Assembly (NCBI GenBank): GCA_964578885.1
Contig: CAZOEO010000005.1
Location: forward strand, 91,752-155,751
Direction: 5' to 3'
Length of the DNA stretch: 64,000 nucleotides
Source: an uncultured Candidatus Competibacteraceae bacterium
Lineage (GTDB): Bacteria > Bacteroidota > Bacteroidia > CAIKAF01
Shown: one piece after another, positions 29,782 through 39,084 of the stretch
Layout: every line of letters starts with the position of its first letter
Position numbering within the stretch: position 1 is the stretch's first letter
Made by a program: the position numbers and the translations under genes
Notes under the pieces: generated by a model
The model's input: only the letters and a program-made list of their open reading frames with translations
Told to the model about the DNA's origin: nothing
Databases searched by the model: none

Positions 29782-30014
29782 CCATTGTAACACAAATCGA
29801 ATTTTTTGGGGTTTCACTTGCTGCAATAACCTTGTGAGTGAATGCGGCTTTTTTTGTCTTTCAGCGAGCATTTTTTCAATGATCTTGTCCAGGGAAAATG
29901 AATATTTTTGAGACAAATCAAACTAATCATGAAAAGAAAGCCAATCGACTTTCCAAGGCGTTGGGGATGATTAACCATACCCTTGTCAAAGATGAAATTT
30001 AAACTGAGATAAAA

Positions 30015-30431
30015 ATGAAAAAGCTATATTTTACTTCAACCATACTAACACTGCTTTTATCTTTTGGATGCGGTGATATTACACCTAAGAAAAAAGACAA
30101 AAATCCTGAAAGCGATAGGGTGTTTTTAGAATTAACTGAGAGGGAAATGAACGGCATTAAAATTAGTTTAGAACAGGGCGTTGAAATCTGTGGGTGCATA
30201 AAAACATCAAGCAAGGATTTTGAAGCAGTATGGGCTGCGGCTTGTACGGTAAAAAATGGACTTACAGATGTGGGCGTTTGGGCGATTACAAAAAATGCAG
30301 GTACATTTAGTTCTGTATCGGCCTATACCACACTCGTCAGTGATTTTGGAGAACATCCTGATGTATCCATGAGGGACGACGGATTTCAAGAGGCTCATGA
30401 CAAGGCAAAAGAAATGTTTCCATGTAAATAA
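30015..30431 (+). CDS. hypothetical lipoprotein
   Basis: Signal peptide with lipobox LLLSFGC. 138 aa. Confidence 0.4.
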   Translation: MKKLYFTSTILTLLLSFGCGDITPKKKDKNPESDRVFLELTEREMNGIKISLEQGVEICGCIKTSSKDFEAVWAAACTVKNGLTDVGVWAITKNAGTFSSVSAYTTLVSDFGEHPDVSMRDDGFQEAHDKAKEMFPCK

Positions 30432-30656
30432 GTTGTTTTAAAGCCCAAAGGTCAAGCATCACTTAGGCTCATCACTAAAAGATTCGGGTTAAGCAAATTA
30501 TTTCACAAGGGGCTTCCCGCCCCTTTTTTATTCCTTCGTGTACTGGGGCTGTGCTTTTCGAACAGGTTCAATGGATACAAAATAGCCGGTTTAAGGAACA
30601 AAAAACACCCTTTTATCAACTTAAAAACACATCTCTAACGTCCAAACAATAAAAAT

Positions 30657-31643
30657 ATGAACAAAACAATTCTACATCTCAGTTCGGTATTCATGGCCAA
30701 ACTGCTGCTAACGCCCATGGTTTTTGCCCAAGGGGTTGGTATTAACACCGCGGGAGCCACCCCGGATCCATCGGCCATTTTGGATGCTTCAAGCACAACG
30801 CAAGGCTTTTTACCGCCACGCATGACCACCGCACAGCGAAATGCCATTAGCGCTCCGGCAGAGGGTTTAATGATATACAACACAGATTTAAAATGCATAC
30901 AGTTCAACAAAGGCACGTCTGCGATCCCCAACTGGTCGTGCACCGATGGAACCAATCAGAGTAATCCTTGTGGAACCAGCACGGTAACTTTTATCTATAA
31001 TGGAGCGCCCGTAACCTATGGCACCGTCGTAGGTGCAAACTACAGGTGCTGGCTCGACCGTAACTTAGGAGCAAGCCAAGTGGCAACCTCCAGCACAGAT
31101 CATCTATCTTATGGCGATTTCTTCCAATGGGGAAGAGGCGACGATGGGCACCAACGTATCAACTGGACCAGTGCCACCTCCGGCACGGCTGTGAACGTTT
31201 CTTCCAGTGCCACAAGCAATTCAATAACGCCTGGCAATGCTGATTTTCTCGGCCAAGGCGTGAATAACTGGTACACCGGAATGTCGCCCCACCCTGACTC
31301 GTTATGGCAAGGGGTTAACGGCATCAACAACCCTTGTCCAGCAGGTTGGAGAATACCTACACTCGCTGAATTAATTGCTGAAAAAGACAGTTGGAGCAGT
31401 GATGACCCGGCCGGAGCTTTTGCCTCACCGCTTAAGTTGCCCATGGCTGGCATGCGCGCGTGGAACCAGCCTAACACTTTATGGAATGTCGGTGACCATG
31501 GCTTCTATTGGAGCAGCACCATTAGTAACAATCCACAAGGCGGCGTTTCACGCTACATCTACTTCGATTGGTGGAATTCAGCAACCCAAATAAGCCAAAC
31601 CCAACGAACCAATGGCGTCAATGTTCGTTGCATTAAGGATTAA
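30657..31643 (+). CDS. secreted protein with Fibrobacter succinogenes major paralogous (FISUMP) domain
   Basis: Signal peptide. FISUMP hallmarks YRCWLDRNLGA, FQWGR, CPAGWRIPTLAEL, GFYWSST. Its N-terminal module is shared with the protein at 61486-62709. Confidence 0.7.
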   Translation: MNKTILHLSSVFMAKLLLTPMVFAQGVGINTAGATPDPSAILDASSTTQGFLPPRMTTAQRNAISAPAEGLMIYNTDLKCIQFNKGTSAIPNWSCTDGTNQSNPCGTSTVTFIYNGAPVTYGTVVGANYRCWLDRNLGASQVATSSTDHLSYGDFFQWGRGDDGHQRINWTSATSGTAVNVSSSATSNSITPGNADFLGQGVNNWYTGMSPHPDSLWQGVNGINNPCPAGWRIPTLAELIAEKDSWSSDDPAGAFASPLKLPMAGMRAWNQPNTLWNVGDHGFYWSSTISNNPQGGVSRYIYFDWWNSATQISQTQRTNGVNVRCIKD

Positions 31644-32077
31644 TCCCATTTTCGAGTATCATCAGGAAAAATTCAGTAGATCCTTGCCTGCTACCGGGCA
31701 AGCGCTTTTTTCGTCATGAAAAAATAATCTCCTACTGCCTGGCGTTCACCTTCCATCTATGCATGGCCGCGAAAAAATCTTGCTTTATCAGCTTCTTTTT
31801 CCGCACATGGAGGGCAACGCCATATCTGCTTCATCGGCAGGATGCACTAAAGCGATTTTCACCAAAACCTATGCTTATGCAAGGCCCATTTCACACCCTT
31901 TCGGGTATCTAAAAATCGATTTTTCCTCTTTGATGTTATCATTCATACCATGCCCCTGCCTCCCTTGGGCCGTCCAAACGTTGACCTCAAAAAATTAAAC
32001 AATAAAAGGCCACACAATGTCTCATTTGCAAAAATTCTCTCGACTTTTGTACCACGATATCAACCCTTAAACACGCC

Positions 32078-32932
32078 ATGAAACGAACCACCATCACCTT
32101 CCTGCTTTGCATACTTTGGCTAATCGCCTGTCAACAACCCAAAGGAAAACCTTTAGCGCAAAAAGTACTACCCGCCGAAATAGGGGAAGTGCCCGAGGAA
32201 ATCACCATCGAAAATGACGGTTATGAAGGTTGGCCCTCAAAACACACCCCGAAAGAAATCGAAAGAATTAAAAGAATCATTCGACTCTTTAAAGAACGTG
32301 AGATCGCTGAACTGGCTACGCTTTTCAGATATCCTATTGAAAGGGAAATCCCTGTACCCTGGATAAAGGACGAAAAGGAATTTGTTCAGCGCTTCGATGA
32401 GCTTTTTGACACCGCCTTTGTCAATGAATTGGCAAAAGGGAACATGGAGGACTGGACGGTAGGAAGCATTACTCGAATAGGCTATAAAGAATACAGAATA
32501 TATCTATTTGATTCTTTGATAGATGGTGTTAACTATCAAAGTCCCAAAGAGAAAATACTGCAACAAGCGCTCATCCAAAAAGAAAAGGAAAACCTACACC
32601 CAACTTTAAGGAGGTTTGAAAAGCCTATTTTTAAAGTAATAACAGATAACTTCTTGATTCGTATCGATCAAATAAAGCCTAGATTATACCGCTATGCCTC
32701 GTGGAAAAGAGGCGCATATGAAGCTTCCCGCCCGGACCTGGTGCTGCAAAATGATAGCATAACGGATATGAGCAGCGGCGGAAACCATGCTTATCCATTT
32801 AACAATGGCCCCTACCGGTACGTGATACATCGGAACATTGTGGGTTGTGAGACCACGCCTCCTTTTACCTTGGATGTGGAAAAAAATGGCCATTCGTTGC
32901 ATCGTGAAGGGGGAGATTTTGCGATTCAGTGA
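32078..32932 (+). CDS. hypothetical lipoprotein
   Basis: Signal peptide with lipobox LWLIAC. 284 aa. Confidence 0.4.
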   Translation: MKRTTITFLLCILWLIACQQPKGKPLAQKVLPAEIGEVPEEITIENDGYEGWPSKHTPKEIERIKRIIRLFKEREIAELATLFRYPIEREIPVPWIKDEKEFVQRFDELFDTAFVNELAKGNMEDWTVGSITRIGYKEYRIYLFDSLIDGVNYQSPKEKILQQALIQKEKENLHPTLRRFEKPIFKVITDNFLIRIDQIKPRLYRYASWKRGAYEASRPDLVLQNDSITDMSSGGNHAYPFNNGPYRYVIHRNIVGCETTPPFTLDVEKNGHSLHREGGDFAIQ

Positions 32933-33647
32933 GAAGGATATACCTCTACCAAAAAGGATAAGCCAGGTCATTTGCTCCAGGGAGTAAAATGCTTCATTCC
33001 AAGAGGCCACCACTGACCACAGCACATGTTTCCACATTTCAGGTTCGGAAGGAAACAAACGGATTAACGGATTTGATCTATCTAAGGCCATTTCGCATAA
33101 TCCATCCACTGCTATTATCGTTGGTATAATATGATTGGTTTATGGTAAAGCGCATAGACCTATTTCAGACGTATTGTCAAAAAATACCGTTTTTAATACC
33201 AATGGTCCACGAACTCTAATAGGCAGGAACCGGAGATCCAGCTGCCGTAAAAGGACAGCTTCCAGAAGCAATAAATGGTAAAATGGTCAGGATAAAAGAT
33301 GTAAATAAGGATTTCGTTTCAGCCAATGTATATGCACCCTGGACATATGGGCAACAGAATGAATACAAATAAATCAAACCAATGTGACGGTATGCAGACA
33401 CGAAAGGTCCCATGTACAAAACCAAAGCATCAACGTTCCCGGTGGAAAGTAGGCTTTTGAATAAAAAGAATTTGATATTTATTTGAAAAAGCGATGGTAC
33501 TTCAAAAAGCGGGACGGATAGGTTCGACCGTTTAATGCGCTAAACCGGCAAAATGTCCGGCCAGCAAAGGAAAATGGGTTTGACCCATAGATTACATGCT
33601 TGTTGTAAAAACAAGGCAAGGGCATCGCACCAAGAAAAGTAATGCAT

Positions 33648-33682
33648 AAAAAAAAGCCGGAACTTTCGTCCCGGCTTTTTAC
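33648..33682. terminator. bidirectional rho-independent terminator
   Basis: A-run, hairpin agccgg...ccggct, T-run. Lies just downstream of the minus-strand T9SS gene stop. Confidence 0.5.
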
Positions 33683-33697
33683 AGTATAAATGGTTAT

Positions 33698-35758
33698 TTA
33701 GTGCATCACTACAAACTTCTGAGTTACTTCTTTTCCACCAGCGGTGAACGTGAAGAAGTAAGTTCCTGAAGCATATTGAGTAGTGTTTACATTCACCTCA
33801 TGGCTTCCGGACTGTTGCATGCCTGGAGCGATGGTTTCCATGATACGACCTTGGATATCACGCACTTCAATGGTTACATTAGAAGCATCATGCAAAGTGT
33901 ATTCAATTTTGGTGAAAGCATCCGCAGGGTTAGGATAATTCTGGCTGAGGAAGAACTGACCATAGTCACCAATCTCAGTAGCTACACCTAAAGGCAGATC
34001 TTTGAATCCAAGACGGATACCAGCCACAGAGTTTCCGGAAATAATGAACCAGTCTCCGGTGTCATCATCATTACCATTAGGAAGGTAGTACAGAGAAATC
34101 TGTCCTTGGTGACGGTCGCCGGAGGTAGCACCTACTACGATTTTAGACGTAGGATCGTTTGGCGCAGTTGGAGGTGAATCCAATTTGATACCACCATAGA
34201 AGAAACCGTTGGTTAAGGTAGTAGGAGCAGTCAACTTCATGCGAAGGAATTTTCCTTGCTCACCTTGGTTCCATGCAGGAATGGTGAATGGGTTACCAAC
34301 AGCAATCGGAGTGAAAGCACCGGTTTGGTTAGAACGGGTAGCGATGAAAGGCTCCAATACAGTACCTGGGGTAGTTACACGTCCATTTCCAGCATCAGCG
34401 CGGAAATATACTTCGATGAAATATACGTCAGCAGGTTCAAACACTTCGAAGCGAGAAACCACTTGGAAAGGCTCAAGATTGATGGAAGAGAAAGCGGAAG
34501 GGCTATTGTTGTGGAACAAGAAATCAATGTTTCCACCAGTAGCCGTGATGCGATCCATGGCATAGATGGTGTCATTGATGGTCCAGTTGTGGGTAAACGA
34601 GTTATCGTTGGGGTTCATGGCATCTGGACCACCTAAACCGAAAGAAATAATTTCAGTGGTGTAGTTGGCTACAGTTGTCATGGGAGTGATAGGGAAATCA
34701 CGACGGATAAAAGTGGTAGCACCTGGGTTTAGGTTGTAGGTAACAGAGTCACCGGCAACCATGGTAGTACCATTCATAATCCGGAATACGGTACGTACTT
34801 GTTGTGCAGAAGAACCGTTGTTGGTTACTTGGGCACCCCAGAAGATAGAGTCACGTGCAGAAATAACATCTACAGGAACCTGATACCATTTTCCGAAAAG
34901 GGTGTCACCGGAGGTGAAAGCCGCTACGTTCATGAATTCGAAGGTGTAGAGAGGATCAGCCTGAGCAATCTCATAAGCCTGTGGCGTTCCAATCACGATG
35001 TCATCAATCATCCAACCATAGTAGCCTCCATCCCAGTTGAAACGGATTTGTACGCTATCAGCACCACCGGCAGCAGCCATAGGAATGAATACGGTTCCGG
35101 TATCTTGGGCATTTACATCTGTGGTCGCCGTCCAAGCATTGATCCATTGACCAGCAGAGCCAATGCGATAATCTACTTTTGGAGATGAGATGAAAGCGCG
35201 AAGCTTATGTTCGAACTTCAAAGTAGGCGCAGCCGAAGAAGACATGTCGATCCAGGGAGACTCCAGGTGAGACACTTGAGGAGAAGGAGCGGGTCCTGTT
35301 CCAAGTGCACCTGCACAGGTAGAACCTTGGTCATCTAGCCAGTTAGAGTCAAAAATCATAAAACCATTGTTGGCTGTTGTACTCACAATGGGTGACCAGT
35401 TTGGAGCTGAGTAGCAAGCACCACGTGATCCAATGGTGTTGTTTGGGTTGGTGCTAGGACCACGATATTCCCAAGCCGCATCAACGTCGTTGGCCAAAGC
35501 ACCTTGCGCGCCAGACGAAGACTGACGGAAAGTATTAGTCCATGCGCCGTTTTCACCAGCCAATCCATTGCCCCATGTTTCGATATAAACTGTGTCAATG
35601 AACGGGGAAGCAGTACCTCCTAAAAGAGGAATTTGATTTTGCTCGGTGCGAACTGCATCATTTGCAACTGCCGAGCGGAGTGCCCGGAATTGTACAGATT
35701 GTGCAGACACCATGCCAACTGTGGCTATGGATAAGCCAAGAGTAACGATGTGTTTCAT
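33698..35758 (-). CDS. T9SS type A sorting (Por_Secre_tail) domain-containing secreted protein
   Basis: N-terminal signal peptide. C-terminal ~80 aa beta-sandwich-like tail (…SGTYFFTFTAGGKEVTQKFVVMH) is typical of T9SS C-terminal domains. Confidence 0.65.
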   Translation of the reverse strand: MKHIVTLGLSIATVGMVSAQSVQFRALRSAVANDAVRTEQNQIPLLGGTASPFIDTVYIETWGNGLAGENGAWTNTFRQSSSGAQGALANDVDAAWEYRGPSTNPNNTIGSRGACYSAPNWSPIVSTTANNGFMIFDSNWLDDQGSTCAGALGTGPAPSPQVSHLESPWIDMSSSAAPTLKFEHKLRAFISSPKVDYRIGSAGQWINAWTATTDVNAQDTGTVFIPMAAAGGADSVQIRFNWDGGYYGWMIDDIVIGTPQAYEIAQADPLYTFEFMNVAAFTSGDTLFGKWYQVPVDVISARDSIFWGAQVTNNGSSAQQVRTVFRIMNGTTMVAGDSVTYNLNPGATTFIRRDFPITPMTTVANYTTEIISFGLGGPDAMNPNDNSFTHNWTINDTIYAMDRITATGGNIDFLFHNNSPSAFSSINLEPFQVVSRFEVFEPADVYFIEVYFRADAGNGRVTTPGTVLEPFIATRSNQTGAFTPIAVGNPFTIPAWNQGEQGKFLRMKLTAPTTLTNGFFYGGIKLDSPPTAPNDPTSKIVVGATSGDRHQGQISLYYLPNGNDDDTGDWFIISGNSVAGIRLGFKDLPLGVATEIGDYGQFFLSQNYPNPADAFTKIEYTLHDASNVTIEVRDIQGRIMETIAPGMQQSGSHEVNVNTTQYASGTYFFTFTAGGKEVTQKFVVMH

Positions 35759-35836
35759 TTTTTTGCGTTAAATAACCTGACCACTAAGTTAAATTTAAAT
35801 TATGAATAAATTCAAAATTTGCGCAAACTAATTTAA

Positions 35837-36259
35837 CTATATATCCGATTTTTTGGGCTTTGCATCTTCCTTTAATCCAATGATTCCAAGAAGAATAAGC
35901 CCCATTCCTATCAGCGCGTTGAGGTGTGGTGCTTCTCCTTTTCCCAATGATTCTACCAGTGCTGTAAAACCAAGGGCGAGGCCTGTCCAAACTCCAAACG
36001 CCACGCTGGAAGGAATGTGCTTTAATGCTTTATAGAAGAAATAGGCATTTCCAACGCCGAGCAAGACATATGCCAGCAACGAAATAAGAAGCAGTCGGCC
36101 TTCCGCATCCCACAATGCGCCTGTATACAAAAGATCCATATGAAATCCACTCAATCCCTGTATGGCATATAGCCATCCTGTTTCCATTAATGACGCTACC
36201 ACCAGCCAGAGCCAAGCGCTTAAAGATGTTTTTTGAGGGGATTTCATTTGCTGCTCCAT
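35837..36259 (-). CDS. SMR/DMT-superfamily 4-TM small membrane protein (ArnE/ArnF- or EmrE-like), subunit 2
   Basis: Four predicted TM helices with a TM1 Glu (LMETGWLY). Overlaps the upstream SMR-like gene by 16 nt. Confidence 0.55.
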   Translation of the reverse strand: MEQQMKSPQKTSLSAWLWLVVASLMETGWLYAIQGLSGFHMDLLYTGALWDAEGRLLLISLLAYVLLGVGNAYFFYKALKHIPSSVAFGVWTGLALGFTALVESLGKGEAPHLNALIGMGLILLGIIGLKEDAKPKKSDI

Positions 36260-36615
36260 TGTAAAAGCATGGTTCCGACAAGAATAAAACCCAGAAAGAG
36301 CAAGGTACGTAATGCTGGTTTTTTTCGCATACGCAAATGATCGACCACTGCGGCCAATACCATTACCACTCCTGTCCAGCTAGCATATACCAATGCAGCA
36401 GACATGGTTTGCATGGCTTTTCCTAACATGGCCACATTCCCAATACCAAACGCAAGGTAACCCACGGCAGGCCACAAACCCTGCCAACGCATCATCCAGG
36501 ATGCGCGCTTTGAAAAAACCATTTTTAAACGTGGAAAGGAAAAATGCTCTGTCGCACTTAACCAACCCACCTGAAGCACTGCTCCAATAAGTACAAACCA
36601 AATCCAAGCCTGCAT
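36244..36615 (-). CDS. SMR/DMT-superfamily 4-TM small membrane protein, subunit 1
   Basis: 123 aa, four TM helices. Its start codon overlaps the stop of the fatty-acid hydroxylase gene. Confidence 0.5.
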   Translation of the reverse strand: MQAWIWFVLIGAVLQVGWLSATEHFSFPRLKMVFSKRASWMMRWQGLWPAVGYLAFGIGNVAMLGKAMQTMSAALVYASWTGVVMVLAAVVDHLRMRKKPALRTLLFLGFILVGTMLLQWSSK

Positions 36616-37622
36616 TAAGTCCGATCCGCAAGTTCTGGCTTAGGACCAAATTCTTCAGTCACCTGCAGCGGTCCTTTAGGAAAGAAAAAATGCTGCCAGG
36701 AGATTGGCATCCATCGATAGGTCAGATTCAAAAGTTGCACACGTAACAACCATAATTTTCCCAATGGCTGTTCCGGAGATTCAGCGCGGCCTACGTGAAA
36801 ACGAAAGACCGAAAACACATGTTGTGCGAACCATCCTCGGGGAAAACGATACCAAACGCCATAACGTCTCGGAGGTATACCGGGCCTGTAAGCCGTTCCA
36901 AACAAATAATCCCAGATGGAAAACTTGGTGCCAAAATTGGCGTGATAGACTTCGGCATGATCTGCGTGGTGCCATAAATGCAATTCCGGGCCATTGATGA
37001 TATAACCTAATTTTCCCAGATTTACCCGCAGATTTGCGTGAATAAATTGTCCCCACATGGCGTCCAGAAGTGCTTTAATGGGCACCACCACCGCGGCCGT
37101 TTCCAAATCCAGTAAAAAGAAAATGGGGGCAAACTCAATGGTTTGATTAATTACAATTTCCAGCATGTGTGACCTCGACCCGGCCAGCCAATCAACTTGT
37201 TCTACGGAATGATGCGCTTCATGCGTGCGCCACAGCCACTTATTTGCATGCTGCAACCGGTGAAACCAGTAAATATAAAAATCGTGGGTCACCAAAAAGA
37301 ATAAGATAATAGCCCAAACAGGCCAGTGGCTGATATATCCGGATTCAGCCAATCCTAACCCGGTTTTAGCCGGCGCAATCACATAATCGAAAATCAAAAT
37401 TTTTAGAAAAAAACTTTGGATAAAAGTGTACCAAATAAGGTCAATCCAGAATCCTTTCCGAAAAAAGGAAAGCCCTTTCCGGTAAGGGAAAAGGCGTTCC
37501 AAAGTTATCAGAACCACCATGTAACCAAGAAGAATCATGGTACAAAGGGTTTCTACCGACCAGCTTAAAAAAATGCCGAACGGTTCTAGTGCAGGAATAA
37601 GCGATGTTCCGGGTAGGTTCAT
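36615..37622 (-). CDS. fatty acid hydroxylase / sterol desaturase family membrane di-iron enzyme
   Basis: Three His boxes (HRLQH, HEAHHS, HLWHHADH) on a multi-TM scaffold. Start overlaps the NeuB-like stop. Confidence 0.75.
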   Translation of the reverse strand: MNLPGTSLIPALEPFGIFLSWSVETLCTMILLGYMVVLITLERLFPYRKGLSFFRKGFWIDLIWYTFIQSFFLKILIFDYVIAPAKTGLGLAESGYISHWPVWAIILFFLVTHDFYIYWFHRLQHANKWLWRTHEAHHSVEQVDWLAGSRSHMLEIVINQTIEFAPIFFLLDLETAAVVVPIKALLDAMWGQFIHANLRVNLGKLGYIINGPELHLWHHADHAEVYHANFGTKFSIWDYLFGTAYRPGIPPRRYGVWYRFPRGWFAQHVFSVFRFHVGRAESPEQPLGKLWLLRVQLLNLTYRWMPISWQHFFFPKGPLQVTEEFGPKPELADRT

Positions 37623-38506
37623 TCGTCTAAATGTACACGGCGCAGACGTTTACGGGGCTCAACTTCGCTGTCGTACACCCTTTTCACGCCATCGCCCATG
37701 GCTTTTTCAATGTCTCTTATGTTTCTTACAAGGCGGGCCATTCCTTCGGGCTCTACCGAAGCAGCATGGTCTGTTCCCCACATGGCACGGTCCAGCGTAA
37801 AGTGTCTTTCTACGAAAGTAGCGCCCATGGCCACAGCGGCAAGGGTTGTGGCTAAACCGGTTTCATGACCGCTATAACCGATTGGCACACCGGGGAATTG
37901 CTCTTTAAGGGTATGAATCATGCGCAGATTCAGCTCCGCGGGATCACAAGGGTATGCGGAAGTAGAATGAGCAATCATGAGATTTTCCGTACCGACTGCT
38001 TTTACAGCGATTTGAATTTCGTCCTGGGTGCTCATTCCGGTGCTCAGCATAAGCGGACGTCCTGTGGCGCGTACTTTTTTGAGCAGCGGCAAATCGGTCA
38101 AGGAAGCAGACGCCATTTTATACATTACAGGCTTGAATTGCTCCATGAAATCCACACTGGGCTCATCCCAGCAAGATGCGAACCAGTCGATACCTTGCTC
38201 TTTGCAATAAGCATCAATGATGGCGAACTCAGGTGCTTCGAATTCTATGCGTTTTTTGTAGTCGATATAAGTCATTCGGCCCCATGGCGTATCACGTTCT
38301 TTGTCCCATTGGTCTCTGGGAACGCAGATTTCCGGGGTGCGTTTTTGAAATTTCACGGCATCACAACCCGCTTTCACGGCAGCGTCGATGAGTTGTTTTG
38401 CAATGTCCATCTCGCCATTATGGTTGATTCCAATTTCAGCGATAATATAGGTAGGATGACCATCACCGACAAAGCGACCGCCACCGATATCTACTGTTCT
38501 GTTCAT
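37619..38506 (-). CDS. NeuB-family nonulosonic acid (Neu5Ac/KDN-9-P type) synthase, TIM-barrel only (no SAF domain)
   Basis: YIIAEIGINHNG, AVKFQ, MYKMASASLTD, GYSGHETG, ERHFTLDR, GTDHAAS motifs align along the NeuB catalytic domain. The ORF ends before an antifreeze-like SAF domain. Confidence 0.8.
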   Translation of the reverse strand: MNRTVDIGGGRFVGDGHPTYIIAEIGINHNGEMDIAKQLIDAAVKAGCDAVKFQKRTPEICVPRDQWDKERDTPWGRMTYIDYKKRIEFEAPEFAIIDAYCKEQGIDWFASCWDEPSVDFMEQFKPVMYKMASASLTDLPLLKKVRATGRPLMLSTGMSTQDEIQIAVKAVGTENLMIAHSTSAYPCDPAELNLRMIHTLKEQFPGVPIGYSGHETGLATTLAAVAMGATFVERHFTLDRAMWGTDHAASVEPEGMARLVRNIRDIEKAMGDGVKRVYDSEVEPRKRLRRVHLDE

Positions 38507-39045
38507 TTGTTTTCGGAGTTGTTAAGTAAATATTTTGCGTAAATAATCAATTCTGCAAATTCGCGAAACGCGCCATATCCGCCTCGGGCTTCACAAATAT
38601 AATCGGCTTCTGCTTTTGCAAAAGGCATGCCATCTGCTGGAGTAGCAGAGCATCCGACCCATGCCAAAGCTTCCACATCATTGGTATCGTCTCCTATAAA
38701 GGCTATTTCCTCTGGTGAAAAGCCATCTTTTTCAGCGATTTCTTTGAGCCATGTTCTTTTATCTGAGGCTCCCGGATAAAGTCGGGTAATTTTCAGTTTT
38801 TCTGCTCGTTTGGCAACAGATGAAGAATGTTCACCTGTCATGATGGAAGTTTCCACTCCAGCTAAATTACGGAGTCGTTCTACCCCCATCCCATCTCGAA
38901 TAGAAAATCGCTTCATGACTTCACCATCTGGGCCGTAATAAACGCCATTGTCCGTGAGTACACCGTCACAATCTGTCACCAGAAGTCGAATTTTACTCGC
39001 TTTGGCTAGTAATGCGGCAGAAACAGGAAACGTCATGGTTTTCAT
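38503..39045 (-). CDS. KdsC-family HAD phosphatase (sugar-acid phosphate phosphatase)
   Basis: HAD motif I DCDGVLTD and motif IV GDDTNDVEA. Size matches the KdsC/KDN-9-P phosphatase family. ATGA overlap with the NeuB-like start. Confidence 0.75.
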   Translation of the reverse strand: MKTMTFPVSAALLAKASKIRLLVTDCDGVLTDNGVYYGPDGEVMKRFSIRDGMGVERLRNLAGVETSIMTGEHSSSVAKRAEKLKITRLYPGASDKRTWLKEIAEKDGFSPEEIAFIGDDTNDVEALAWVGCSATPADGMPFAKAEADYICEARGGYGAFREFAELIIYAKYLLNNSENK

Positions 39046-39084
39046 TGGAACAAATTTACACTTTAGTTCTATTCATTGGAGATT

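Noticed and set aside
28087-33700. Possibility that the whole tRNA-Asn-adjacent stretch is a mobile genomic island
   Set aside because: I found no integrase, transposase or direct repeat of the tRNA 3' end. The AT-rich character is confined to about 28020-30000. I report only the TA-like module as a finding.
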